Assembly (NCBI RefSeq): GCF_037042905.1
Contig: NC_087246.1
Span: forward strand, 372,001-436,000
Source of the DNA: Lytechinus pictus
Lineage: Eukaryota
Direction of reading: 5' to 3'
DNA length: 64,000 nt
Below, in pieces: positions 13,339-27,678 of this stretch (positions are counted from its first letter, which is position 1; each line of letters starts with the position of its first letter). A program made the translations under genes and the position numbers. The notes under the pieces were generated by a model. It ran no database searches, was not told the origin of the DNA, and saw only the letters and a program-made list of their open reading frames with translations.

Positions 13339-14518
13339 AAAAATGAAACCACGGCAGCCACTGTGCAACGCCCGATCGACGGAGCTCTATCTAGAAAAAT
13401 GAAACCACGGCAGCCACTGTGCAGCGCCCGATCGACGGAGCTCTATCTAGATAAATGAAACCACGGCAGCCACTGTGCAGCGCCCGATCGACGGAGCTCT
13501 ATCTAGATAAATGAAACCACGGCAGCCACTGTGCAACGTCCGATCGAAGGAGCTTTATCTAGATAAATGACACCACGGCAGCCACTGTGCAACGCCCGAT
13601 CGACGGAGCTCTATCTAGATAAATGAAACCACGGCAGCCACTGTGCAACGCCCGATCGACGGAGCTCTATCTAGATAAATGAAACCACGGCAGCCACTGT
13701 GCAACGCCCGATCGACGGAGCTCTATCTAGATAAATGACACCACGGCAGCCACTGTGCAACGCCCGATCGACGGAGCTCTATCTAGATAAATGAAAAGAA
13801 ATTGTTTGTCTCTGAATCTATGACGAGAAAAAACCTAAATATTTCCTCGATAGAATTCAAATATCGGCCAAATAAGTCCAGTTTTAACAAAAACGAGAGG
13901 AAACAAAAATTTCAAGAACTTTCATTAGAAAATAATGTAGGTCTAAGAAAGGAATTGTAAAAAAAGAAAGAAAATGAAGAATGAAGAATTACGATAAAGA
14001 TCCTATTCAAGTGGAAATTTAATGATATTTTAAAAGTCTGACCGCGACTCCTTCTTATAACAATTACGGGGCGGGAAAGGAGTTATAAGTCTCTGTCGGG
14101 AGACAGTCAACGAACAGTGTGAACCAGCATGAAACAGAATAAGTTTGAATCAAATCACTTCAGTAACACTGTCCAACTTGCGATGTTGGAGTCATGGTAT
14201 ATACTTTGTAGTATGACCACGAATAGAAGGAGATTGAAGTCACCACCTTGGTGATCTATTAAATCGGTCATGAAGGTCTGTTCTCGTTAAGAGCTATCAT
14301 TGGTGTATTGCTCCAATTCACAACACTCGCTGGGAAGTATTTTTCATTGCTTATTATATCTTATTTGCCACCATACCGCGTAGTTATTAGGTTGAATTGG
14401 TGTGTTTATGATGTTGATTTAAGCAGGGATGGCGTTAATATTCGTGGTGTGAAGGAATGGTGTCTCCTTTCACCTCAAATACATTTCACAAGATGAAATC
14501 TCACATCATTTGATAGAA

Positions 14519-14608
14519 AGTAGTGGTGGTAGTAGTAGTAGTATAGTAGTAGTTGTTGTAGTAGTAGTAGTAGAAGTAGTAGTACGTAGTATAGTAGTAG
14601 TAGTAGTT

Positions 14609-14657
<49 letters not shown>

Positions 14658-14750
14658 CAGCTGTTGTTGTTGATGATGTTATTGTTCTTCTTGTTGTTTG
14701 TTTCTTGCTTTGTTTTGTTGTTGCTGTTGTTGTTTTTCGCTGTCGTTGTT
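14519..14750. repeat. (GTA)n / (GTT)n microsatellite and low-complexity tract
   Basis: Directly visible trinucleotide repeats; they explain the poly-V and poly-Y ORFs. Confidence 0.95.
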
Positions 14751-15801
14751 GTATAATATAGAATGGGGGTGTAGCAGCAGTATAACACCATATTGCCAGT
14801 CCGAATTAAAGAATATATAGATATGCTGGTTTTCTATTTTTGCCTTTTTTCTTCTCTTCCTCCTCCCCGTCTTCTTCTTGTTGTTCTTTTTCTTCTTCTC
14901 TCATCTTTCATTTTAGACATTCTCTTCTTCTTTACCCTTTAGTGCATGTTTCAATTGAGAATCACGCCTCAGAATATGTCATTTTTATAACGTGATTTGT
15001 GCGCAGTCGGCACCGAGAGGTCAGGCTAAGAACCATCATAGCGGTAAAGTTCAAAGACAGCTATGGCTTAGGTCATTGTACATAGTAGCATGGCCAAATC
15101 ACCGAGTGAACAACTCAAATCTTGTAGCTTCATGATGGTGATGACTGCTAAACGGCTCCCTCTGGACCCAAATATAAAAAAAGAAATAGTTTTCCCTTCT
15201 CGTCTTAATATTCCTTGATTTTACTCTTTCTGCAAGAAACGTTTGTCTGGAAATTGCGGTAGTATCACACACCGAGAAGTGTGTCATAACCCCAGGCTAT
15301 GTGTTTACCCTCTTATCCATTAGCCTTTTTGTCTCTCATTTTTTCTTAAATCATATTTGTTTCATCTGGATTAATATCAAAGACAGTGCCATCTTTATCA
15401 TGTAATCATGTAGATTTAGAACAACATAGGCTCAGGCTGAAAATAAACTCAATAAGTCCTTGATTCAGGGAATGATTCTCGGCTGCTTCATATACAGTAT
15501 ACATGCCAAGAACAGATAACACCTCGACAACGATATTTCCACTTTCAAACTATTGTGCTTCCATCTTAATAAAAACAATATATGTAGGCCTACATTAGTT
15601 GAAAATACATAGCTAAATATAATATCATCATGATAAAGAGAGTTTGTAATGCATAAATAATGGAAACGCCTTTACGTGTTTTAAAAGAAAATATTTGGCT
15701 TTGAAATATTTACTCGAAAGAAATTAGATATAAGAAATATTATTTTTGCGTCATTTTACAATTCCAGTGATCGCAAACAATTGTTGCGCAATTCCTCCCT
15801 C

Positions 15802-15832
<31 letters not shown>

Positions 15833-18299
15833 AACTTTCGACTCCCGTAAAATGTCCGGCGTCAATATTCCTTCAAAGGTGCTTTTACAAACCGTACATT
15901 TGCAAGAGTTTATCTGCACTTTACAAGTGACGATCGGGATAGTTTTATAGGTCGGTGTAAACTCGGTTTCTCTTACAACGTTTCTTTCTCTTTTCTTTTT
16001 TCGACAACTTATGTGTATGCATCTGTAAGAATGGGTGCAGGCGGCACACTTCACAAAGAAAAAGGCACAAGGGTGGAGAAAGGAGAGGTAGAAGGGAACC
16101 CTTTTTATTCCTTTTTAGAGACTGGAGACGGTATTCCGAACGACCGCACAACGCCGTCGTCTGGTGTTTGCAGTAAAGCTATGAATTTTGGTCGTATTGT
16201 CCGGCTTGGCTCGACTCTCAATCTCCGTGCCCATAGCAAAGTCACGATCATTCCTATTATTACTAACAGTACTAACAGGGGTAGAGAATGATCGATAATG
16301 TGGTTGTTTAGGGTCGGATAAACGATCAGAAAGATGGAAGAGAAATGTCATCATGTGCGGATGAAAGAAAGGAATGAAATATTTAGCACGTTTCGAGAGA
16401 AATGATAGACGACGACATAAGTAGATGGTTATAAACTATTTTGATGTAAGAGAGCAAACAAAAAACATAAAGATAAACAGACTTCATGCAATAACAAATG
16501 TATAGAACGATGGTAGAGATACTGACAGCCATAAAAAGGAAAATGATAAGGGGAAGAATGAGAAAAGGAGTAAAAAGGAAGGGAGATATTCTCTCTAAGG
16601 TCTGTCTTTCATTCGTCGAGACACGATTGTCGATTTTTCTTCCCTTGGGCAGTCTGCTGACAAGCTCCGGAAACAATCAACATATCGATACTTCCTGACT
16701 ACGTCCTCGTACCCTCCTCCTTCATCACAATTCCCTTTCGCCACCCCCCCCCCCCTCCTCCACCTCCTCCTCCTCCTTTCTCCTCCTCATTCATTCCACC
16801 CACTTATCTCACTCCGCTTTCTCCTCCTTTCATCAACAATGTCTTCCTTCTTTCCCCTTTCTCTCTTCCTCATATTCTCCTTTATGTACAAGTAAAAAAA
16901 ATCAATATTTAAGAGTATAACGTTTCATAAAAACATGTACATTTCTTGGATACTGTACTAAAATACAACTACACGTTTAGATTACATAGAATATGATATG
17001 AACGGGCATTTTCATTATCGATTTTTTTCTAAAGTTTTCTTTGTCAGTAGTGTTTCTTGAAGTAAATAAATAGTAGTTTTCACTGAAACTAATTTGTTCT
17101 GAGCCAACTAGATGCAAGGATTTCAGTAGCTTATAATAGTTGTCAGTTAAAATCACTTATTATTGTTTTATGAAATGTGTCCTGGTTGATATTGATGGTG
17201 CTTGAATCACTACGACTGACTTGAAGAAAAATGGCAAGGGATTAATCAAAATGAACAAGAAAAAAAACATTAGAATTTTTTAGTCTTCAAAAGTCACAAA
17301 TCATTCTACAGAGACGAATCTCGATGAATGTGTCAAGAAAAGAATACAAGTAATCATTTTTTTTTTAAGAAATAAAAGGAAAAAAGGGACACCATTGTGA
17401 TATACTCTCACGGACTTGAACTCTATTCCAAACTTTTTTTTTTCTATCTCAAATCTCGATCTGGTATTGACGTTGATTTCTACGTCAAAATGTGACAAAC
17501 ATGCAAAGTCGTATAAGAACGGATAGACGGATATCATTTGCATTTTAATATTTGACTGCCAGGATGGTTGATGAATCGAACAACAAATCGAAGAAGATTA
17601 AAGCAAGATGAAGAAGATGTCTTATCATCATTCATTATAATCACCATCCACATGGACATGCCATCTCCAGATACACGCTCCTATTCAGATGTTTGTTTTC
17701 TTATTAGTATTAAGTCCTCAAAATACTGCAAGATATCTATATGAATTATTATAATAATCATCGTCTATTTCAAATATTAATCATTTCTCCACCAAATTTT
17801 TCTCTCATCCCTCTCTCTCTATCTATCTACCCCTCCCTCTCTTTCCCTCTCCCTCCCCCCCCCCCTCTCTCTCTCTCGCCCCTCTCTCTTTTTCACACAC
17901 ACACACGCACTCTAACTTATGATATTATAACACTGAAATCAACATAATATACGAATTTGCAATTGTTCGTAAAATATACCGATAAGAGAAATGGTTCTTT
18001 CGGATAAATTTTGTTTTCGCTTAAAACACAATGAAGAATGTACCACTTAACTTAAAATCCAAATATTCAACTGCAAAAGAAAAAAAATCCAGTTTTATTT
18101 TCAACATCCCTATAAAGCTCAAGAAGACTCATTCCACCCTTATCATGCCGCTTCAGCTCCTTATTGAAATTGTATTTTTTTTTATCTTTAACTTTATTTA
18201 ATAAAACTTAGGGAGCAACACATTCATTAATAAAAAGTGAAGTATTTCAGAAGGTTAAGTTTTATTCTCTTTATTATTCTATAACATTGATACTTGATC

Positions 18300-19260
18300 A
18301 TGTTAGTGTCAATCTTACTCTTACCTATTCAAAATAAACGGGCTCTTAGATAGGATTAAACATTTGTTAATAATCCTTGATGACGTCATAGAACATACAA
18401 ATACCATGAGATATAACAGTCTCCATCGGACTGTTTGGAGTTGGTTGGGGGTTGATTTACGTCTCAACATCGAAGTAAATCCATGTCTCACTGAGACATA
18501 ACCATGAAAACGGAGTACAGGTTTATACCACCATTCTTCGATACCATTCATCGACAATTAATCAATTTAAATCTTTAGAATTCTGTTAAGCAATCTAATA
18601 TTGAATTTTCCGCTGTAGTTCTCATTCGCGTATAGACTCATCCGTCTGCTTGAAAATAACTAGGTCGATGTTTGCTCCAAACCCGTTAGAAATTTCTAAT
18701 TTTCGTCAGGTTGCGTGCGAATAGCTTTTTATTTATCATGCAGGAAGCTTTCATATTTTTGAAAATAATTCGACTTTTCCCCAGTATCTAACGCATTTGT
18801 AGATGTTATATCTTTCTATTCTCTCCTAGTTTATGAGTACTACATTTTCATCACATTACGCGGGAGCGCAACAGCGTATCAGAATCGATGTCATTTAAAG
18901 ATGAAATACTTTATGAAAATCAGGGACACCAAGACCCACATTTCTCCAGTACAATGGCACTAATTTTGGACATAATTTCGTCAAGTAGTAGGTCTTTTTT
19001 ATTTATATTACACGATGCAGAGCAAGAATTGTGCAGAAGTTCTTTAGAAATCATGTATCGCGCCTCTCGGAGCGTTAACGAGGATGTTATTACATTAGCC
19101 GATGTGCTCCGATTGTCTACCTATACCCACATGCATCACCTCTTAAATACTGGTCAAGTGCCATATATTGACAGCACTCTTTTTCAATATATTCTATCCT
19201 TGATATTTCAGTCATACTCTTCTGCGCTCACAGCCTGTGATATTCATATAATAATAAATC
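18300..19260 (-). mobile_element. Highly decayed LINE remnant (CR1/L2-group ORF1 end and APE endonuclease start); boundaries approximate
   Basis: Minus-strand translation gives FSWLCLSETW (18510-18481; APE 'LSETW' motif). Upstream are broken frames ES...NKKLFARNL...NF*RVWSKH...FKQTDES (~18770-18634), resembling CR1-type ORF1 C-termini. Many stops and frameshifts. Confidence 0.5.
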
Positions 19261-22200
19261 TATAAGGAAATTATTGCACCTTTGAGTACACATTAATATG
19301 TCAAAGCATTATATCGTGGTTGAGTTTCCTCTTTTGGCATCACTTGAGAAGACAAGAACATGTTTCAAGTATAATAAGACCAATATAAGGTTAATTAAAA
19401 CAAATCTTGCATACTCATGATATTGCCTTATTGATATATCTCATACACAAAAACTCATATAAATGTAATTCCCTCTGATAACTTTTTACATTTATAAAGC
19501 CCGCTTAGCTTTTGGTAAAGGGTAAGTACATGTGAATTTAAAAAGTCATGTATTCTCATATAAAGTTCCAATATTACAAACGTGTAATTTTTCAACAATT
19601 AAAATTCAAATTTGGCATCTAACACCCTCTCTCTGTAATGTTGGTTTTATTTTACTCAACAATTACCGTTATTTTGAGCACTCACTTAACACATTGAATT
19701 ATCAGATATAAGAAAGCTATAGACAAAGACTATATTCTGAAATACTCATCACATCCCATGTCTGAGGATGGGTTTTATCAAAACGAGAAATATTTTATTT
19801 TGAGCGGGCATTGGATTAAAACAAATTTTGATATAAAATCGGGAAATTTTCTCCAATAAATACATTTTAAAACATTAAATCCTTCCAATCATAATTATAA
19901 ATCTAGTTTTGGATTAAAATATTGACATGCACTTTCGAAGGATTTACCAAAACTAAAAATACGTTTTAAGGCTATTCATCTGATTTTACTTTAGTTGACT
20001 AAAATATCATTTCATTTTGTAAGTATTCATTTTGATATTAAGCTTACGCTCCAGACATGGAACAAGCGCCCCAGACCTAATATTTATTCAACAATTGTAT
20101 CACATGGCGTTACTATCATGTATTGTATTAACATGTATGGTATCCATCAACTCGACCAGCCACACGCAGTGCGACTCGCCATCATTAGTCTCCCATTCAT
20201 CGACCCTTTTTCCCAAACCGTCCATCCTAGTACAGTTCCTGCATTTGATGTGAAACACATAACAGTTCAACAAACTAGAATTATTTCAGGTACGTGACAC
20301 TTCCGTTCATTCTTTACATTGAATTTGTATTTATTTGATAAGACCCTTATGACTTCAGTATTTTGAACAAATGCAATTCTTTAAATTCCCTCTATAAAAA
20401 ATGTAGTGGTAATTATTTATGTGAATTATCAGAAATAAGAATAATACAAATCTCACGTAACTTATGGTTAATGTCAGTATGATATTTTATCATAACAAGT
20501 GAAAATATTTGAAAAAGGTTTTAAAAAAAAATTAATACAGTGAATGATATTTAATAGCAAAAAAAAAATATTCCAGAAGAAATAGGAGAAAAATAAAAGG
20601 AAACTAGTAAAATATTTGACAATATAAGTAAAAAAAAGTACTTGATAATAATTTTAAAAAAGGAAGAAAATTTGAAAAGAAATACAAACAAGAGCAAATG
20701 CTTTTTCTTCTATATCAAATAAGAAGTAAAGGCCTGGTGCAATATAAGATACTGAAAAACCGTAAATATGAAGACTGGGTAAAAGCCTTCATACTCCTCA
20801 TCACTTCACCCGAATCACCCGCTGTGAGACTGACTCGCGCCCACAAACCTAGCGTCACCCGCTCAGCGTCTATGCTGTCTACATCAATTCATGTGACTTC
20901 GTTTGATGATTACGACACATCAAACTCTTTCTACGATAGATCAACTTATCATACCTCCTTGGTATCTAAACAATAATAATGAGGACATATTAGTGCCTTT
21001 TTTCAAAATTATTGACTCCGCATGCAATGCATATAATGCTAATCACACACAAAATATTTTACTAAATAAATAACGGGAACAAGTATAATTATATTCTTAA
21101 CACCTCCTCCCTCTCTCATCTATCTTCCATTTTCCATTCCAGTTGTGGGCGGTCGTTTTTTCCTGGCGCTAGCACCAATAATACTTATACACAATTATGT
21201 CAAAATTTAATTGTTATAGTTTTCGTGTAGTGTGTGTGTGTTTTAGTTCTTACTTAAATAAAATCATGAAAATAGACCACAGTACTTCCACTAAAGGGCC
21301 TATATATATTCAACATCATTCTCATGACTTCCTATGGGCCGATATCTATTGTTTCTTTTTAAGTGATAACATACATCAATATACAAATTAACAATGAGTT
21401 AACAAACATATTGAGAAGAATTTAACACATATTTTCTGAAGATAATTTGGACCTGTTTCTTGGGTTCGATTTATCTGTATATAGGCCTATAAAAAGTAGA
21501 TTTTTGGTTCATATACATTAATGTTCACAATAATCAGATAAAACCTGCATGTTTATACATTTTCAAGCAGAGTGAGCAAATATATTTGAAATCTGAATAT
21601 GAATGAATCCGACATGATTGTGTATGGAGGGAGCTTGCTGTCCCCAATACATGACTGTGAACATTTTGAAAAGGAATATTGCCTTATTATTTCAATTATT
21701 TTTCATCTATTTGATCAGGCGTCAGTTTTGCGAAAATGACTTTATTTGTACAAGGTGTTGATAATTCCAGATGTGCCTCTTAATTAAAATTGCTCAATAT
21801 GTAAACAAATAATATTGATCGCATTTCCGATCGGCTTTTCGACTTTTCAACTTGCGATCTATATTATATACATGCGTTTTTTTCACAAAAGGAATCAATG
21901 AAAATGAAATGAAATAACTCGATTTCATGGGGAAAACAAGTGAGCTTGCCACTCTACGTAGGGTTTTATTTCCTTCTGTTTTCCTAAAAATAAGCTAATA
22001 ATCATACTTGTGTATAATGAATGTAACATGGATATTCATCACTATATTATATTCACGTGTGATTTGGATTAATTGATATGGAGACGACTCCTCATGAAAC
22101 CGTTGTATATTTGTTTGTTTACTGATTGTTCACTTATTGTGAGTAAATTTTTATTGTCGCTTATTTATTAAACCTCTTTATTCGCCTAACATATTCAACA

Positions 22201-22736
22201 ATAATTGCGTATTCAAGGGGTATATTTCTTCATATCGGGCCTGCATATCCACGATGTCGAATACCACTACTTTAACGATACTTATTAGGTCGATAATTAA
22301 CAGCCGCAATTATCATTTTGTTTTATATTTCCTTGATCATAATATGTATGAAATGTTTATTTGAATGAATAATAAAGACTACTACAAAACAAAATTAACT
22401 TTTAGCTACAAAAATATATATATAAACATATTTAGAAAATATATTTGACGTTGATGTTATATACCAAAATAGTACAGGCTACCTCTCCGGATTCTTTTTT
22501 TCTTCTTCTTCTTCTCTTCTTTCTTTCTTTCTTTTGAGTGAATGTTTGCGCGCGACCCCTCTGTAGCGAGACTCTGTATATCGTGAGGCGGAGACACAGC
22601 GAGCGTCACAGGAGCTGTACCGGCGTACGTTTGATGTAGCGTACCGATGTTTGGACAACGTGCTAGGCCAAACACTCTACAATATTGTCAACGGGACATC
22701 AATAGCCCTGAACTTCTGCCCCTTTAACAAACCAAA

Positions 22737-22850
22737 CTCCTCCCTTTACTCCACCTACCCCCTCCTTCTCCTCCTCCTCCCCCCTCCTCCTCCTCCCCCC
22801 TCCCCTCCTCCCCCTCCTCCTCCTCCTCCTCCTCGTCTTCCTTCACCTCC
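22737..22850. repeat. (CCT)n-rich polypyrimidine tract
   Basis: Visible CCT repeats; they explain the poly-P ORF. Confidence 0.9.
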
Positions 22851-25804
22851 TAATTCATTCGAGTCATTCCTTCGAGAGATTTGACACACTCTATTATTTC
22901 ATATATTTTGCTATATTAAGGCCTAAGGAGCAAAGAACGAGGGTGATAAGTCTCCATCGTTTAAAATAATACGTAATATGGAACGAAATCAACATCAAGT
23001 CCATGTGATGTAACAAGACGCAAGCTATTGGTTAACAAGCTCTGGTGGAAAAATAATAATCGTTAAAGATGCAGATATTATACAATAGTTTACTAGTTGA
23101 ACCTATCCCTGACAATGGGAAAGATGTCAGGAAACATCCACTAAACCCCTCTGTGAAACACAATGGCTCCCACTGGTATCACTACATGTTTGTTGAAAGG
23201 GGCGACTCTGTCTCGCAATACTATCCGAGTTTGGTTACGATCGAGTTTAAACAGTGAAACTGAACAAATACATACTAAGCACAATGTCACGATTGCATAA
23301 AAACCTCAAAGGAACCAGCTTAAATATAAGCCATTTTCTTCATTTGTATATTATATCTCACCCCGTTTCCAAGATTGTTTTTTGTGAATATTTTGTGTAT
23401 CAAAAGGACTTAATATTGACTAATCGTGTATGTTAGCAAGAGGGATCAATAGTACATATCAACTTTATTGCCTTCACTCACGGAGGGTGGGCGGTAACAT
23501 CACAGTTTAACTTTTAATGTTCAGAAAACATGAACTGGTTGCAAACAACACATAAAGTGAAGAATAAATGTATTTGTTCATAGTTTATTTTATATAAATA
23601 AAAAAGCAAACAAAATCAGTACAAATCTTAATCATTCTCAAGTTATCATCTTTTTCCAACTTTGCAACATATAACATCTGTATCTATATAACAGATTAGC
23701 TGACATAATCTTGTATAGACAAACATCCAATCGAAATAGATCAAATCTGCTTTATAATGTGACGAATGTGATATCTTGTATTGGGAAATAAATATACTTT
23801 CAAAAAAAAATGGAAAAGGTCGACTTTTGATTATCCCAAAATATGCTTGTTTTAAGTACGCAATCGGATTGGAATGCGAGTCAATATAACCTTAGACTGT
23901 GGCGAGTGTACTTTTATGACAATTTGGCTATGACTTCCTGCACAGTAGGAGAAATCATGACAAATGCATGAGATTTCTAGCCATTCAAACCCCTTTCAAA
24001 AACACGAATCATCCCAAGTATAGTCTGAAGCTAGCCGACACATTCATAAGCAGACAATCCAAACCAATACTTGCTACAATCATGGCGTAAATCGTTGATA
24101 GATTGGCAATGTGCCGTGTCCTGTCATTTGCGCTTTAAATCGACAATCCTCTTGGCTTTTCTTTCTGTCAGTTTCTCTCTTTTTCATCAGGCATCATTAT
24201 ATTGATGAATGTTACAACATTTCTCTTTTATCATCTCTAAACCATAGGGGTGACGGGTCCAGGTGTTTACTTGCAAGGCAAGCATGAGAGCTTATTAGTG
24301 GGAACAACGTTCTGACCTGCAGAGATCTTACTCGAGATGATCAAAGTAGTTGAGTGGCCTCACACCATCATATCAAATTAATAAATATCGGCATCCTCTC
24401 CTTTTCCTTCTTAATTCCTGACATTGTAAATATGTATTTCCAAATCAAGTATTTTGAATCCTATTTAATTAAAACTGTTGATAATACAAGTACGAAATAT
24501 TAAGACACGCCAAAACTAAGCAAAATTTGTACATGCGGGGCTTTAATAGTTGGCCACTACCTCTACTTTCTTTTTACGATGTTATGCCTTATCTTACCAA
24601 CCTCTCTTATCGACATGAAAGTATTGTTTGAAGAGAGTTCCATACTACAATCGGCTTTGCCTTTTACATCTCATTTCATCCGAACCCCTCCCAAAATAGA
24701 TGCCAATATTGGTAACCCCCAAAACCTTGGGAACCTATTCAAAATGTGCATGAATTTATTTCAACGCAAGCAATGATAAATTAAATAAGACAAACATGGG
24801 TGCAGTGTAGATGGTAGTTTATGTTAATGGGATTGTAAGTGTCCTTGACTTTGAGAAACTTTTCAATAAATTCTTGTTTCATTTCAAGCCTCACTGAAAA
24901 ATTAATGATGTGATGGATTCATGATTCATTTCAATATTTTTGTATCGACCTTGGTGGGGTTTAATTTTATTATATTCAATTCTTTGGCAACGTAAACAGA
25001 TATGTTCCGGCACATTTTGTATTTTGTTCAAACTGCGTATAATAAAAAAGCAATCACTCCGAATTCAAAGAATCAAGGTCAATAAGATGTATGTTTGGGC
25101 TCCATGCATCATTTCTATCAGTAATTCATTTCATACATCTCTCATGGCAATATTTAATTGTATTCAAGTGTGCCGTTACACTGGCATCAATATTTCCCGA
25201 CATGAGGATTTTTTGGTTGTTTTGAGTAAGAAAGCAATGACCCATGTTTGACCACAGCCCACCTGTTCTTTCTTCTCCTTCCATGTTTCTACTTTTGTCT
25301 CTATTCGTTCCCTCGATCTGTGAAACGAGAAACTTGGAAAAGACAAATACACATCGGACAAGTGTTGCACGTACTGACTTTGTATCAATCTCATAGCCTC
25401 CTTCTTCCTTATTTATTTCTAACTCTGAAGTACACGGCCATCATTGAACTTGTGTATTTGTTGATCCCTGTCACTAAGGCAGAGTACAGTCAGAGGGGGT
25501 GTATTTTTGATAACAAGTATGAATAAAAACAACACCTTCGTTGATTCATGATAAATGTTTGTTGTTCTCTCCCATACACAGTTGAGTGATAAACAACAAT
25601 TTATCGGTAGATGGTACTACATCCGTGGAATTCATGTTCCTATTCGCCCCCCCCCAAAAAAAAATCAAGTTTATAAAAATAATGCTACAGAAACATTAAT
25701 GAAACCGACTCCAACCCGATCAAATCCATGGGATTATTTTAAACGGAATATCATCGGTCGGTTTGGAATCTGTTTCTCTGGTGTGACTGTATTTTAAGAC
25801 TTAC

Positions 25805-26004
25805 ATTGGCACTTGGTGAGATAGTCTTCTTTACAGATGAACTGATTTTCATCAACCACGTAAAGTTCTTCACCTGTAGATAATTGTTTTCTACACACCA
25901 TACATGTGAAGCAGTTGAGATGGAATACTTTACTCCTAGCTCTCCTCACCAGATCACTCGGTAGGATGCCTTGAAGACAACCAGCACACTTTGTCCCGTA
26001 TCGT
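25805..26004 (-). CDS. Lim1: Lhx1/5 (Lim1) coding exon 2 (LIM domain 2)
   Basis: Acceptor ...ctctttatccag|A completes the AGA codon. Encodes [66 protein letters not shown]. Donor T|gtaagt. 200 nt, frame compatible with both neighbouring exons. Confidence 0.97.
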
Positions 26005-27678
26005 CTGGATAAAGAGGGGAAAAAGATTGTATTAACTTTAGTAACCATGTTAACACTTGATCATGTTGAGAAAAAATACTACAAAAGTCTCATTTACAAA
26101 CACACAAAAATTTATTTCTACCTCCATGTTTAAAGTTATATGGATCTAGTCTGCTTGATTACCATATAGCGATATTTGAAATGCTTTGATTTCCAGTCCC
26201 GCCATTTTTAGTGTTGTCCTACAAACTCAGCGGTGTACCAAGCCATTACTATGGTAACAGCCTAGCCGCTGATCGGTGGCCCAATAACACGTTGGTCTGC
26301 TTTCATGCTTGACCTGAAGTCAGGAGTCTGTCATGGTTAACAGAGCCTTTAATCTCATAGGGACATCACCAATTACATACCTACATCCTTTAATGAATAT
26401 CATTATACTTCATGACACTAGCATCAGTGATTCTGATTATTTTAAATGTATATGAAAGTTGAATACAATTTTTAAAGAAAGTGACTGAAATGCATCGATT
26501 TAAAACTTCATGACCGAGACTATTCATCATTTTAGCGATCTCAAAATATCTCTGCATTTTAACCTGGCTTCATTCTGTTCACTGACCATTGCCAAGTCCA
26601 GTTTTAATGTATATGAATATCACTTTTCGCCACCACATGACGTCAAAGTGTAGATATATGCTTAGAAACAGAAGTGGAATGAGAGCTGCACATGAATGCA
26701 AGATAAAATCATGACAATAAGACCCGAACGTTAACTGCTACGTCACATTACATTATTACTCAGAAGAGTTCGGTGCAAAATTGATGAGGTTGTCATAATA
26801 CAAAGTGTGAGCCATGGCGATGCACTTTTCATTGTTTTACTACCGACATGACCAAATCCTACAATCACGAATAGACGGATTCCCTCAAAGCATCTACCCG
26901 AAATATAGTAACCAACTTATGACATCACATGACCAGTATCTAACACAAAATCCCTCTAGATTTCAAGGGATTTGGTCATTATTTATCCTTACAACCATCT
27001 GGGTCCATGCTTTACTTAAAATGGCGTTGTAGTTTAAACACGGTTCGTATATAACCCTTAGGAAGTATATTGAACCACGATCCAGGGAAGTCAGATTTAT
27101 TCTTTATATTTTGTATTACAGATATGATGTTCATCAATGTAAAGAAGGCCAATTCAAAATACTGTTACAAATATACATGTAAGGAGAACTGATTTATATC
27201 ATTCAAAACAAGGGGATTTAAAAAAATGATGTCAGGCGTATAACAGAGGAGTCCTGTATTGTTAATTGTAATTTTATCTCATTATACATTTTGCTAAATG
27301 TTCATATATGTTAACAATCCATTTGATGGGAAACAGTACAATGTCTTGTCGAGGCCTACAATAACTGCTCTACACTTCGAAGGAGCATCACCAAAATCAT
27401 CAATCTAAAATGAAACCCTGTTTACTATCGACCATTGGTTAGGTTAATCGTGTACTAAGAAGCTCTTGTGTTTGTTGCTGTTGTTGTAAGCAAACTACTC
27501 AGTTTTTACTATAGCTGCCTTGCTAACTTACTTTTCATTGTCACTTACAATTTATTTGTTGATCCGTGGGTTTAACTTTTAGTTAGGAAGGTACAGGTTA
27601 CAGGAAATTTCTATATTCTATCATCACTCCCTCTTCGCATCTTTATTCTCCTTTCTTGCTACATGTTGACAGCTTTAA

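Larger units (their letters stand above)
10465..13796. repeat. 56-bp tandem repeat array (~21 units) split into three blocks by two TE insertions
   Basis: Unit atga(a/c)acca(c/a)ggcagccactgtgcaacgcccgatcgacggagctctatctaga(t/a)aa. Blocks 10465-10679 (4 units, first partial), 11880-12380 (9) and 13343-13796 (8). Unit starts are spaced exactly 56 bp apart. Confidence 0.97.

Noticed and set aside
10465..13796. CRISPR-like array
   Set aside because: Units are contiguous with no unique spacers, the context is eukaryotic and there are no cas genes. The two interruptions are transposons with their own termini.
14501..14791. Poly-V and poly-Y ORFs (likewise 28335-28788, 22651-22884, 55130-55618)
   Set aside because: Produced by microsatellites or low-complexity MITE sequence.
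23580..25530. Possible decayed L1/Tx1-like element on the minus strand
   Set aside because: Only a weak motif resemblance (KVLG..IGIYFG). Not supportable without a translated search.
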